Made by a program: the position numbers and the translations under genes. 22,837 nucleotides of DNA. It comes from Chiloscyllium plagiosum (Eukaryota). The stretch spans positions 1,169,945-1,192,781 of the forward strand of contig NC_057719.1 in the NCBI RefSeq assembly GCF_004010195.1, written 5' to 3'. Shown one piece after another: positions 1-10,291 of the stretch; position 1 is the stretch's first letter; every line of letters starts with the position of its first letter. The notes beneath the pieces are model-generated. The model had not been told where the DNA came from. It ran no database searches and saw only the letters and a program-made list of their open reading frames with translations.

Positions 1-265
1 ATTATCCCTGCTGAAAGTGAAATTAAGATTCTCTCCTTCAGAATTTTCTCCAATAATTTCCCTACCACTGAGACTCATTTGTCTATGTTGGGTTATCTCT
101 ATCTTGTTGTTTCACTTGTTAAAAACAAAAAAAAATCAGCTGTCCTCCAGTCCTCTGACACCTCTCCTGTGGCCAGAAATGAATTAAGAATTGGATCAGA
201 GCCACTGTAATTTCCTTCCTCATCTCCCACAGCAGACTGGGATGCAACTGATCCAGACCTGGATC
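1..265 (-). mobile_element. Old CR1-type LINE ORF2 fragment
   Basis: Resembles antisense CR1 RT region (ctccaataatttccctaccactga...tcctccagtcctctgacacc); heavily decayed, boundaries approximate. Confidence 0.55.
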
Positions 266-429
266 ACAGCCAAGACCACAGTCAATCCTCCTCTTCCCTC
301 CTTGTTTTTCTTCCGTTGTCCATCTGCTTCCACTGTCCTCTCCAATTCACTTGCTCAGTTTTTCTTTCCCTTCTCCCTCAGCAATTTTAGGTTGTCTGCT
401 GAAGTTATGAACACACTGCGATCAAAGGA

Positions 430-882
430 TAGTGATCCTTGATGAATTGCTGTGGTGCATCTAATACACAGCTGCATGGAGTACGAATCAAGCTACTTTC
501 TTTTGGATGGTATCAAGCTTCTTGAGTGTTGTTGGAGCTGCACTTATCCAGACAAGTGGGGAGTATTCCATTGCACTCTTGACTTGTGGTTGCAGATGGT
601 GGACTGGAGTTGAGCGTGTTCCAAATCCACAAATCCTACCTCTAAAAGGACAAGGGCAGCAGATGCATTGGAACATCATCATCTGCAAGTTCTCTTCCAA
701 GGCGCACACCATCCTGATTAGAAATATATTGGTATTTCTTCAGTGTTGCTGGAGCAAATTCCTGGACCTCCCTCCTTAAACACAGTGGCTGTATCTATAG
801 TGGATCACTAAGGCATCTCACCATCATCTTCTCCAAGGCAATTGTGAATTGACAGTAAATGTTGGCCTAGCCTATGATGCTT
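430..882. mobile_element. CR1/L2-group LINE 3' end with inverted 5' part
   Basis: Minus strand ~488-605 encodes QVKSAMEYSPLVWISAAPTTLKKLDTIQKKVA (LINE RT C-terminus). Plus strand ~610-882 is the matching 3' end (ctcaccatcatcttctccaaggcaatt...gtaaatgttggcctagcc). Confidence 0.65.
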
Positions 883-932
883 AAGTGAACCATATAACGC
901 AAAGCAGGGCAGATCATGTCTTACTAACTGGA

Positions 933-1128
933 TTTTTCAAGGAGGTGGTGAAGATGCTCGATGAGGGTAGAGCCGTGGATGTTACTTTGGTGAAAATTTT
1001 GAAATTGTGTATGTAAAGATATGGTTAAGTTTTTTCAAGGAGGTGGTGAAGATGCTCGATGAGGGTAGAGCCGTGGATGTTACTTTGGTGAAAATTTTGA
1101 AATTGTGTATGTAAAGATATGGTTAAGT
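933..1128 (+). repeat. Perfect 2 x 98-bp tandem duplication
   Basis: 933-1030 is identical to 1031-1128. The unit is half CR1 sequence and half AT-rich unique sequence. Confidence 0.95.
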
Positions 1129-1349
1129 TTTTTTTTCTTTGATCTTGGCCTCCACTCAGTATTTGGATATAGGAACTATAACATTAAAATTAATTTATGC
1201 AACACACAAGGATTTTGAGTCTATAAGGAATTTAGCTAGATGCAAACACTTTGGTCACATATACAGTTTTAATATGGAGCTATAAGGTGATGCACACTGG
1301 AGGGTCTTAAAACTGGAATGAAACTTTAGGCCAACAGCCAGATGCTAAA

Positions 1350-1750
1350 GGTTGTGTACAAATTGAAAGATCTGCGTACAAATAAATAATTCCCTAAAAG
1401 AGTAAATGCTGTTATAAAAGATCCGAAGAGATTTGTCAGATGTGGATTGAATGAGTAAAAGGACTCTTCTTCACTGGCTGTTTTAAAAAAAACACAAGGT
1501 AGACCAGCCACTGAGAAATGAAGAAAAAAGATGACTTTTCTTATGTACAGAGTTCTTAGATGGGATGCTTTGAGACAATCTATTTGGAATAGGCTGTTCT
1601 TTCAAGGAGAAAATGTTCTAGTATTTAAAACTGACAATGAAGTATATAGGATGGTGAGATTCATTTTGGATTGCAGAAAGAGCTTTAACACAATTGGCCA
1701 AATTTCATTAGGCATGAGTGGGGAGTGCTAACTGGACAGAGCTGTTAGCA
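1350..1750 (+). mobile_element. Very old CR1 3'-end fragment
   Basis: Weak resemblance to the CR1 ORF2 end/3'UTR (actttcttatgtacagagtt...atttaaaactgac). Confidence 0.35.
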
Positions 1751-1756
1751 GGTAAC

Positions 1757-3744
1757 TCCACATTTGACATGGAATTGTTTAAAGGCGATCAGAATTCAGG
1801 ACCGGCATGCTCCAGTAAGGAGGAAGGACAAGGATGGGGGCTAAGGTAAGGGACCTTTGGACAACGAGGGAGACTGTGAACTTAGTCAAAAGGAAAAAAA
1901 GTACATGTAAGGTTTAGGAAGCTCAAATTGAACTGGGCCTGTGAGGAATATAAAGAAAGTGGAAAAAAAACTTGGGCAGAGAATTAGGAGAGCAAGAATG
2001 GGGCTTGAAATGACCTTGGCAAGTAGGGTTAAAGAGAATCCCAAGGCATCCTGTACATGCGTTTAAAAACAAGATAACTAGGAAGAAGGTGGGACCACTC
2101 AAGGATAAATGAGGGAACTTGTGCTTGGAGGCAGAGGATGTGTGTGAGATCAGAGATAAGGACTTTGTGTTGGTATTCACCCAGGAGTAGGAAATGGAGG
2201 ATAGTGAGATTAGTGTGGAGCCTGATAATATGATAGGGCATTTTGAGATAAAGAAAGAAGTGGTTTTGGATCTCTTGAAGAGCATTAAGGTGAATAAGTT
2301 CCCAGGGCCGAATGGTATTTACCGCAAATTATTGAGACAGGCCCTTGGCCAAGATCTTTTGTGTCCTCACTAGCAATTGGAGAGGTTCTTGAGGACTGGC
2401 AAGTAGCTAATGTTGTTCCTCTGTTCAAGAAGGGAAACGGGACAATCCAGGAAACTATAGACCAGTGAGTCTCACATCGGTGGTTGGCAAGCTTTTGGAA
2501 AGAATCCTAAAGGGTAGGATTTAAGCTCATTTGGAAAAGCAAAGGGGCAGTCAGCATGGCTTTGTGCAGGGCAGATCATGTCTTACTAACTGGATTGAAT
2601 TTTTCAAGGAGGTGGTGAAGATGCTCGATGAGGGTAGAGCCGTGGATGTTGTCTACATGGAATTTAGTATAGCTTTTGACATGGTCCCTCATAAAAGGCT
2701 CATCCAAAAGAATAAGGTCCATGGGATCCACAGTGACTTGGCTGCTTGGCATGTCCGTAGAAGGCAGAGAGCAGTGTGGAAGAGTGTTTTTCGGGCTGGA
2801 GGTCAGTGACTAGCAGTGTTCTGCAAAAGTCTGTACTGGGACCTCTGTTAAATGTGATATATGTATATATAAATGACTTGGATGACTATTACCAAGGTGG
2901 GAGGGGTCTTTGCTGGCAGCCAGCAGAGAAAGGGCAAACAGTTTAATCCAGATAAGTGCGAAGTGATGCACTTTGGGTGATCAAATATTAAGGAAAAGTG
3001 TATAACTAATGGCAGAATCCTGAACTGCATTGATGCACAGAAGGATCTAGTGGTTCAAGTCCATAACTCCCTGAAAGTGGCCATGCAGGTAGATAGGGTG
3101 GCAAAGAAGGCATATGGCACGCTTGTCTTTATCAAGTACAAGGGTCAGAATGTCATGTTGCAGCTTTAAGACTTTGGTTAGGCCACACTTAGAATATTGC
3201 ATTCAATTCTGATTGCCACATTACAGGAATGATGTAGAGACTCAGGAAGAGCTTATGCCAGAAACAATGATTCTCTTACTTCTCGGATGCTGTCTGACCT
3301 GCTGTGCTTTTCCAGTACCACAGTCTCGACTCTTTATTAGGGTGTTGCCTGGATTAAAGGGTATGAGCTATAAGTAGAGGCTAGAAAAACTCTGGTTGTT
3401 TCCTCTGGAGTAGCAGAGGCTTAGGGGAGACTTGATAGAAGTTTATAAAATTGAGATACATCGATAGGGTTGATGGTCCAAATCTTTTTCACGGAGCTGA
3501 AACTAGAGGGTATGCATCTAAGGTGAGGGGAAAGTTTTTCTGCACAGAGTGGCAGGAGTCTGGGTGGTGCTGGCAGATACGATAACGGTATTTAAGGGGC
3601 TTTTAGATAAGCACGTGAGTATGCAAGCATTGGAGGGATGTGGTCCGAGGGAAGGCAGAAGGGATTCATTTAATTTGGTGTCATGTTCGGCACACCATCG
3701 TGGTCCAAAGGGCCCATTCCTGTGCTGTACAGTTCTATATTCTA
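1757..3744 (+). mobile_element. CR1 (HER1-like) LINE, 5'-truncated, RT pseudogene with 3' tail
   Basis: Frame-broken RT motifs: GNYRPVSLTSVVGKLLE, SQHGFVQGRSCLTNWIEFFKEV...AVDVVYMEFSIAFDMVPH, QFNPDKCEVMHFG. Ends in tgtgctgtacagttctatattcta. Confidence 0.9.
3241..3333 (+). mobile_element. Degenerate Penelope terminal-repeat fragment inserted in the CR1
   Basis: gaagagcttatgccagaaac...cggatgctgtctgacctgctgtgcttttccagtacc is homologous to 8362-8454 and to the reverse complement of 18740-18830; hammerhead core is decayed. Confidence 0.75.
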
Positions 3745-3901
3745 AATTGCCATTTCTTTCCTGTAGGCATCTGGTCTCTGGAGACCAGAAAAGAGAGAAT
3801 GTCAGGTACAATAACTTTAGCTTCCTTGCAAACATACGCGGATGGTTAAGATTGAAAGGGCAGGTCTGGGATTTGTCTTACCACTTGTCATGGCGTCATT
3901 G

Positions 3902-4301
3902 TCATAGATTCATGCAGCATGGAAACAGACCCTTTGTTCCAACCACTCTACTCCAACCATGTTCCAAAACTAAACCTCCCATGCTTTGTCCATATTTCAC
4001 CAAACCTTTCTTGTTTATGAACTTATCCAAATGTCTTTTAAACGTTGTAACTGAACCTGCATCCACCACTTTCACAAGCAGTTCATTCCACACACAAACC
4101 GCGCTATATGTAAAAGAAAATTGTCCCTCATGTCCTTTTGAAATATTTCTTCTCTCACCTTAAAAAATATGCCCCCTAGTTTTGAACTTGCCTTGGGAAA
4201 GGACCCTTGTCATTCAACCCATCTATGTCCCTCATTATTTTAAAAACCTCAGTAAGGTCACCCTTCAACCTCTTATGCTCCAGTGAAAAAAGTCCCAGCC
4301 T
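3902..4301 (-). mobile_element. CR1 LINE 3' end
   Basis: Minus ORF WNELLVKVVDAGSVTTFKRHLDKF is the CR1 ORF2 C-terminus; the tail reads tcatagattcat on +. Confidence 0.9.
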
Positions 4302-4335
4302 AAGGGGAAGGTATTTGACTTTGGCAGATTACAGC

Positions 4336-4676
4336 TAGAGTCATAGAATCCCTACAGTGTGGAAACAGGCCCCTAGGCCCAACAAGTCCACACCAACCCT
4401 CTGAAGAGTAACCCACCCAGACACATTTCCCTACCCTATTATTCTACATTTACCTTGAACTAACACATCCCTGAACACTATGGGTAATTTAGCATGGTCA
4501 ATTTACCTAAACTACACACCTTTGGATTGTGGGCGGAAACTGGAGCATTCAGAGGGAACCCACGTAGACACAGAGAATGTGCAAACTCCACACAGACAGT
4601 TGCCCAAGGCTGGAATTGAGCCCGGGTCCCTGGCACTGTGAGGCAGCAGTGCTAACCAATGAGCCACCATGCCACC
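4336..4676 (-). mobile_element. HE1-like tRNA-derived SINE, full length
   Basis: Minus strand: A box TGGCTCATTGG, B box GGCTCAATTCC, core gtctgtgtggagtttgcacattctc, CR1-derived tail; homologous to five other copies in the window. Confidence 0.9.
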
Positions 4677-4740
4677 ATAAGCTGTTCTTAAGAAATGGAA
4701 AAACAGTGTGTCATTTGATATTTCACTTATTAGAAGATGT

Positions 4741-4760
4741 CTTTGTTCATTTTTTCACAG
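4741..4760 (+). promoter_or_regulatory. Splice acceptor (polypyrimidine tract + CAG) of the Hsp70 exon
   Basis: ctttgttcattttttcacag| lies where clear Hsp70 similarity begins; phase 1, splitting a Val codon (g|tc). Confidence 0.75.
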
Positions 4761-6400
4761 TCATTAATGAGGGAGGGAAACCCAAAGTTCAGGTGGAGTA
4801 CAAAGGAGAAGTGAAGACTTTCTTTGCTGAGGAGATTTCCTCCATGGTGCTAACAAAAATGAAGGAGATTTCAGAAGCATACCTAGGTACTCCTGTGAGG
4901 AATGCTGTAATCACAGTGCCAGCTTATTTTAATGATAGCCAAAGACAAGCCACCAAAGATGCTGGAACCATTGCTGCTTTAAATGTGCTGAGGATTATCA
5001 ATGAACCAACTGCAGCTGCTATTGCTTATGGACTAGACAAAGTAGGATCTGGTGAACATAATGTCCTCATCTTTGACCTGGGAGGTGGAACATTTGATGT
5101 TTCTGTTCTTACCATTGAGGATGGTATCTTTGAAGTCAAGTCCACTGCTGGAGATACTCATTTGGGAGGAGAAGATTTTGACAATCGCATGGTGAGCCAT
5201 TTCATGGAAGAATTTAAAAGGAAATTTAAGAAAGATATGTCCCAGAACAAGCGAGCTGTAAGACGTCTGCGTACAGCTTGTGAGCGTGCCAAGAGGACCC
5301 TATCCTCAAGTACACAAGCTAGTCTTGAAATTGACTCATTGTATGAAGGGATTGATCTCTATACATCCATCACCAGGGCCCGGTTTGAGGAATTGAACAA
5401 TGATCTCTTCCGAGCCACACTTGAACCTGTTGAGAAAGCCCTTCGTGATGCCAAGATTGATAAGTCTCGGATTCAGGATATTGTTCTTGTAGGTGGCTCC
5501 ACAAGAATCCCTAAAATTCAGAAACTCCTTCAAGAGTTGTTCAACGGGAAAGAGCTGAACAAGAGTATCAATCCAGATGAAGCTGTAGCTTATGGTGCAG
5601 CTGTCCAAGCGGCCATTTTAACAGGTGACAAGTCTGAAAATGTGCAGGACCTGTTGCTGTTGGATGTTACTCCACTATCTCTAGGTATTGAAACAGCTGG
5701 TGGTGTCATGACTCCTCTCATCAAACGAAACACGACTATCCCCACCAAGCAGACTCAGATCTTTACTACGTATTCAGATAACCAAACCAGTGTCCTTGTT
5801 CAAGTTTATGAAGGTGAGCGGGCAATGACCAAAGATAACAATCTGCTTGGCAAGTTTGCCCTTTCTAATATCCCACCAGCTCCCCGTGGTGTACCACAAA
5901 TTGAGGTGACCTTTGACATAGATGCCAATGGTATCCTGAATGTTTCAGCTGTCGACAAGAGCACAGGCCGAGAAAACAAGATCACAATTACTAATGATAA
6001 GGGGCGGCTGAGCAAAGATGAAATAGAGCGCATGGTGCAGGATGCAGAGCGCTACAAGACTGAAGATGATTCTAACCGTCAAAGAGTGACTGTCAAAAAT
6101 GCCCTAGAGTCCTATGTGTATGCCATGAAGCAGGCTGTACAAGATGAGAAGTTGAAAGACAAAATCACTGAGCAGGAAAGGAGCAGTATCCTCGCAAAAT
6201 GTCAGGAGGTTCTCACTTGGCTAGAAAGAAACCAGACAGCAGAGAAGGAAGAATTTGAGCACCAGCAGAAGGAGCTGGAGAAAGTCTGCAAGCCAGTAGC
6301 TAAATTCTTTCGATGTCCCTGTGCTGGGATGCCTGGAGGAGCTGGCAGTACCTCAGAACCTGGCAATGCCAGTGGACCCACGATTGAAGAAGTTGACTGA
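4761..6400 (+). CDS. HSPA2: Cytosolic Hsp70, HSPA2-like; terminal coding exon (residue ~95 to EEVD), 5' exon outside window
   Basis: Uninterrupted frame with [33 protein letters not shown] linker and C-terminal [12 protein letters not shown]2-type features: [67 protein letters not shown]. Hsp70 identity is certain; HSPA2 orthology is by remembered alignment plus candidate synteny. Confidence 0.9.
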
Positions 6401-7669
6401 GTGACATGGGTCAGAGAAAATTGAAGACAGTCTACTCAGAGTTATGGACTGCTGCTTGGTTTCTAGATTACTTCAGTATTTCAGAAGAAAGGTGTTGGCG
6501 ACTACACGCTACTCAATTGTTTATTACCTTTTACAGTGTAAACTTTCATAGGAGCATTAGCTTATTGTCAATTCTAAACTAGAGCTTATGACCCAATTAT
6601 GATCTAGGTCACCCACTATGTTTCTTTTAATTAACAACAGGGTTCTTTGCAAACTCAAAACATGGGCTTATTGTAATGAAATTTGCTCAACTATCAAATA
6701 GGGAGAGTATAGATCAGGGAAGAATGAATACAAGCAATACAGATCCACCATAACAAACCCACATCATCTTTAGCTGGGATCTGTCCTTAACAAAATATGG
6801 AGTGTGTGAACGTGTTTTGGGGAAGCATGTATATGACAAAAAAAAATCCTATACTTATCAGTCACAATTTAACTGATCTTCAGTGATGTAATACTTTGCT
6901 TCTACACTGTTTCCACTACTGGGGAGGAGGTACTGCAGCCTTTTCATTGAGAGAGTGGGGATCATTGGTGGCATGATACAGACTTTCTGTATTCCTGTAA
7001 GTGGAGGAAATACTACATCCATGGTGTCAAAGGCTTTTGTAACCATTCTGTATTACTGGGGAGCGTTAAACTGCAGCCTTTTTGAGGTGGATGGACTTTG
7101 AACTTTGGACTTCTACATTACAAAACATTTCATGGATATTTTGACTTCCCTAGATCCCCTTGCTCACACCTGCCCCCTCCACTGGCCAAACTCTTGATTC
7201 CCAATCCTCATCTACCCAGCCCACACCCTGACCCAGATTTCTCCATCCAACTGTCGTACCCTTCCCTCCCAAACTAGCATCCAGTTGAAAGCCTCTCAGT
7301 CGACACTCTCAGCCACAGCTCTGGCTAGTTGACACCATTCATATTATGATGCTCATTCATCCTCTAATTACAGACTTTCTCCATATTGCAGTTGCTGCTG
7401 ATAGATTCTCCAGTAATTGTGAAAGGGAAAATGCCTCTAATTGGAAGGAGCTGATCTTTGTGAAATTTTCCAGATATATTTTAAATAATGGCTTAGCAAG
7501 CCACACAGGATTGGTTCCTTTACAGAATTTTCTTTTATTTTAGATTTTTAGAATCTGAAGTAGTCTGCTTTTTGCTTAACAAAAAATTCTGTTGAGTTAT
7601 TTTTGTCATGCAATTTCATTCATTGCGTTTAACCCATGTATGAAATGTTTTAATGAAAAACAACAAAAA

Positions 7670-7675
7670 AATAAA
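7670..7675 (+). terminator. Candidate polyadenylation signal of the Hsp70 gene
   Basis: First AATAAA found after the stop codon, with TGTA at 7637-7640 upstream; implies a ~1.3 kb 3'UTR. Confidence 0.4.
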
Positions 7676-7913
7676 GACAACCTTCACTCACTGCAGTCTG
7701 GAGCAGTTTCTATAGCTGTACAGATTTGATAGGACCTTATGTAATTAAAGTTATGATCCCAGCTCTGGTAATACTGGACAAACCAGGACCCAGAATGAGT
7801 GAGATCACTTTTTTAAGTTGGTTAATGTGTTGTTTAGTTACTTGGAAACATATTTGCATGAGGTTGCAGATTTTTCTAAAATAGAAAATAAAAATTCACA
7901 AAAGAAATAAACA

Positions 7914-7942
7914 AATATATATATATATGAGAGAGAGGAGAC
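7914..7942. repeat. (AT)n(GA)n microsatellite
   Basis: atatatatatatatgagagagaggagac. Confidence 0.85.
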
Positions 7943-8361
7943 AGAAATAAAGTTTCAACCAACACTGTCTGTTACAGAGACTTAATTCCAAAGAAATACA
8001 GCTCCTGCATCAGCTTCTTAAAATGTTTAATTGACTTCCCCAGTTCCTTTTTCATGAACTATCGAGACAATTTTATGATTCCTTTCCAAGTCTGCTGGCA
8101 TGAGCCTCTCATAATTCTAACATTTATTTATAACAATTTGAAGATTCCCATCAAAACTCTCCTGGCTTGTTAAGTCCCACAACCTAGAAAGTCTGCTGGG
8201 TGACTGGTTCACCAAAACTGACTTGATTCTCCTGCTGGAAGAAACAATTTTCCGTTGTGAACTGAGCTCTGGATTTTAAACATTTAAACCTGATATTCAT
8301 AAGTTAAGAGGCAACTAATTGCCTTAATACATTTACTCTGCTTGTCATATACTTAACAGTA

Positions 8362-8454
8362 TTCCTGATGAAGGGCTTTTGCCCGAAATGTCGATTTCGC
8401 TGCTCCTTGGATGCTGCCTGAACTGCTGTGCTCTTCCAGCACCACTAATCCAGA
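8362..8454 (+). mobile_element. 93-bp Penelope terminal fragment with hammerhead motif, 15-bp TSD
   Basis: TSD ATATACTTAACAGTA at 8347-8361 and 8455-8469; contains CTGATGA-A-GGGC-TTTT-GCCC-GAAA-TGTC. Confidence 0.9.
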
Positions 8455-8945
8455 ATATACTTAACAGTAGTCCACCAACACAACAGTGATCCTGTCAGGC
8501 ATTGCTTTCTTGGAACTGTTTCAAATTGACATTTTAACCTAAGCAAAAGCCTTCACACAGCTGACACACATTCATGTGTCTCTATTTTGAAATCAAAATC
8601 CAAAAAGATACATAATGCATCTTTCATCACATATTCCACCACCCTGAGGAAAAAATAAGATATCCTTAAGCATGTTCAATTTCAAACAAAATGTTTGTCT
8701 TAACACTATTTCTATAATACATCAACATTTTTAAAAAATTACGTTTCCATTACAGCCATATCCTATGTAAAACAAGTTTGATCACAGCATTCAGTTTCTT
8801 TCATACTGTGCTAAAATATTGTCCTTACAAGCCATTGTACACCTTAAATAACAATCAATTCAGAGTTATTAGATGTCCAAGTTTCACACTTTGGTAGAGA
8901 CAGGGCTCAGTGTCTCTTTCTTCACTGTTGGAAATTTTGCTATAA

Positions 8946-9730
8946 GATTTTTAGCTTTAGGTGTTATTGTCACATGTACTCAATTAAATTGAGAAGTGTA
9001 CACAGTCACCATTCTCTGGCACCTTCTTAGTATACAAAAGACAGAATTATAAAGAAAAGCAGAAATGAAAGAAAAAGCCAAACAAAAAGGAAATGCCCAG
9101 ATGAGTCCTTGCCGCCAGAAAAGCAAAGCCATGAAGTCCATCCCTCAGTTTGTGAACACTCAGGTACCCTGGGTCTGTGTATGCTGCTGCAGGTGGAATG
9201 CCTCCGCCTTAAGGTACCCAGGCTCATGTCCTGGGGCTGTGTGCTCGAATTGTGTCACCATTCTTTGGCACCATCTCACCTGCATCAATGTCATAGTCGC
9301 CATGAGTCAACGTTGGGCTGAGCTTCGCTATGCAGTAGCCGCTGAAGCAGCTGGTCCCAAACTGGGTTCAAACTCGACAGTGCACTCACCACGGTCGCCT
9401 GTGCCTCGTTGTGGCTTACATTGCTGCCACTGCCGCATTCTGTTACTGCCATTTCAGCAAAGGAACCTGCTGCTACTGACTGCCCCTACCCAGGAACGAG
9501 CCGCCCCTGCCGCTGCTGACACTCCAGAAATGGGATCACTCCTGACACTCCCAGGAAGAGAACTGCTGTTGCCGATGCCACCACCCCGGGAAGGGGATTC
9601 ACTCCCACCAATGCCACCAAGAAAGGAACAAGAAAGAAAAGAACAAAAGTAAACGAAAGAGAGAGAGAAAAAGCAGATGGAAACAAATGAGCCCTGGGCA
9701 GAAACGTTGCTATTCTGCTGCCATTATCTT
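8946..9730 (-). mobile_element. Non-coding LINE-derived element with GC-rich internal repeats
   Basis: Interrupts the Gypsy RNase H. Minus strand starts aagataatggcagc and ends gagtacatgtgacaataacacctaaagctaaaaatc; the tail is shared with 17361-17480. Confidence 0.55.
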
Positions 9731-10064
9731 AAAACCCATCCTTGCCATTTTTGCGCAAAATAGCTGTGTGTCCATTCAGTCCCCATGTTCTCACAGGAAA
9801 GTAGCACTTACACCAGTGTCACTGATATCAACAATCAGTGGCTTGAGAGGCTTCTCATAATTCAGTGTGGTTAACATCAGCACAGCTTTTAACTTATCAA
9901 AGAAGATAGTACAGTGCTGACATTCAGCACTAATTTCTGACAAAATTCACATGCCAATATATCGCAGAATTTTGTCTTAGGCATGGGAAAATCAAAAAAC
10001 CCTTTTTATTTACTTTTATAGGTGCTGCTTGGCCTTGTCCCAGAGTTTGGCCCAAAAGCCATTT

Positions 10065-10291
10065 ATCATAGAGTCCCTGCAGTGTGGAAACAGGTCCTTC
10101 AGCCCAACAAGTCCACACCATCCCTCCAAAGAGTTCTCCACCCATTCCCCTACCCTATTACTCTTCATTTACCCCTAACTAGTTCATCCCTGAACAGTCT
10201 GGGCAATTTAGCATGGCCAATTCACCTAACCTGCACATCTTTGGACTGTGGGAGGAAACCAGAGCACCCAGAGGAGACCCACGTAGACACG
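10065..10291 (-). mobile_element. HE1-like SINE, 5'-truncated
   Basis: Homologous to 4336-4570; interrupts the Gypsy RT. Confidence 0.88.

Larger units (their letters stand above)
7749..8631 (-). mobile_element. 3' LTR of a Gmr1-like Gypsy element
   Basis: Minus strand begins TGTGATGAAAG directly after a purine-rich tract (agggtggtggaata, ~8632-8645) and ends gctgggatcataac(t); RNase H remnant lies ~270 nt upstream. Confidence 0.7.

Noticed and set aside
3549..4163. 204-aa ORF
   Set aside because: Chance read-through across two tail-to-tail CR1 ends.
4577..4760. N-terminal 61 residues of the 607-aa ORF as a novel Hsp70 extension or fusion
   Set aside because: The ATG and first ~33 codons lie in an antisense SINE and the rest is intron-like sequence ending in a splice acceptor.
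5336..6033. Antisense ORFs (90 and 75 aa) inside Hsp70
   Set aside because: Antisense open frames are a known by-product of Hsp70 codon usage; no independent signals.
6858..7537. Minus-strand open frames in the Hsp70 3' region (62-aa ORF and a ~60-codon Met-less frame)
   Set aside because: No convincing homology or splice signals; lengths are compatible with chance.
9065..9652. 195-aa Pro/Ala-rich ORF
   Set aside because: Lies wholly in a GC-rich repeat insertion; no recognisable domain.
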